Source of the DNA: Thermodesulfobacteriota bacterium
GTDB taxonomy: Bacteria; Desulfobacterota_D; UBA1144; Nemesobacterales; JAJCZQ01
NCBI GenBank assembly: GCA_965215275.1
Contig: OZ244044.1
Coordinates: 672,001 to 736,000 of the forward strand
Length of the DNA: 64,000 nucleotides
Direction of reading: 5' to 3'
The position numbers and the translations under genes are program-made. Under the pieces are notes generated by a model. The model ran no database searches. It was not told the origin of the DNA and saw nothing but the letters and a program-made list of their open reading frames with translations. Numbering within the stretch: position 1 is the stretch's first letter; every line of letters begins with the position of its first letter. Shown piece after piece: positions 63,650-64,000 of the stretch.

Positions 63650-63892
63650 TCAAGTCTTATAAAGATTCAAACCAAGCATTTTAGCTTTGAGTTTCTGAAT
63701 AAAATAACTAGGTAATTGAACCGGAGATTTTTTATCAGGTATTGGTATGTAATATAAACGCTCATATTTAATTTTCTCATTATCTTTTTGTATCTCATCA
63801 AGACCTCTGCGATCAAAACCGTTGGCTTTATGAGGTTTACATAACAAACATCCTGCTCTTCTGCTTTTCGGTCTACCTCGTTTGTGATGCAT
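63650..63892 (-). CDS. Small basic hypothetical protein with a CLLC-KPHK motif
   Basis: GGAGG RBS upstream; MHHKRGRPKSRRAGCLLCKPHKANG. Confidence 0.45.
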   Translation of the reverse strand: MHHKRGRPKSRRAGCLLCKPHKANGFDRRGLDEIQKDNEKIKYERLYYIPIPDKKSPVQLPSYFIQKLKAKMLGLNLYKT

Positions 63893-64000
63893 TTTCTATC
63901 CTCCAATTTGATTTTTTTGTTTCTCCCGTCCTGTAATAAACTTAGGGAATTATATACTCTATTATACAAATACTAAATATACTGTTCTGCAAGCAGAGTC

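Overview
Bacterial chromosome window. The gene set looks deltaproteobacterial or Dadabacteria-like, which is inference only. The housekeeping backbone includes khpA-rimM-trmD-rplS, truA, leuB-mfd-surA, gcvTHP, cdsA, nadE, gap-pgk, argC, two cysteine desulfurases, cofE, an RND pump, HU, glcDEF and tsaC. It is interrupted by AT-rich accessory DNA, most of which is bounded by one family of IS1595-type ends (GGG(A/G)NNTATATA..), often with 8-bp target duplications (TSDs). The accessory elements are: (i) a complete IS1595 (3417-6070) carrying a DNA methyltransferase-HNH fusion that is out of frame across a (GCAGA)32 tract; (ii) a transposase-less 1.3-kb element (42634-43929) whose only gene is a tnpB with intact RuvC motifs, bounded by IS1595-like inverted repeats and a perfect 8-bp TSD instead of IS200/605 ends; (iii) cassettes for three paralogous kexin-like S8 proteins, each with Arg at the catalytic His position, Ig-like repeats, a GGGGC-TM-basic sorting tail and a frameshifting poly-C tract near the 5' end, one of them next to a myxosortase-like CPBP protease; and (iv) decayed IS1595 derivatives with methyltransferase and small lipoprotein cargo. 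I saw no rRNA, tRNA or true CRISPR array. All family assignments come from motif recognition by eye, not database searches.
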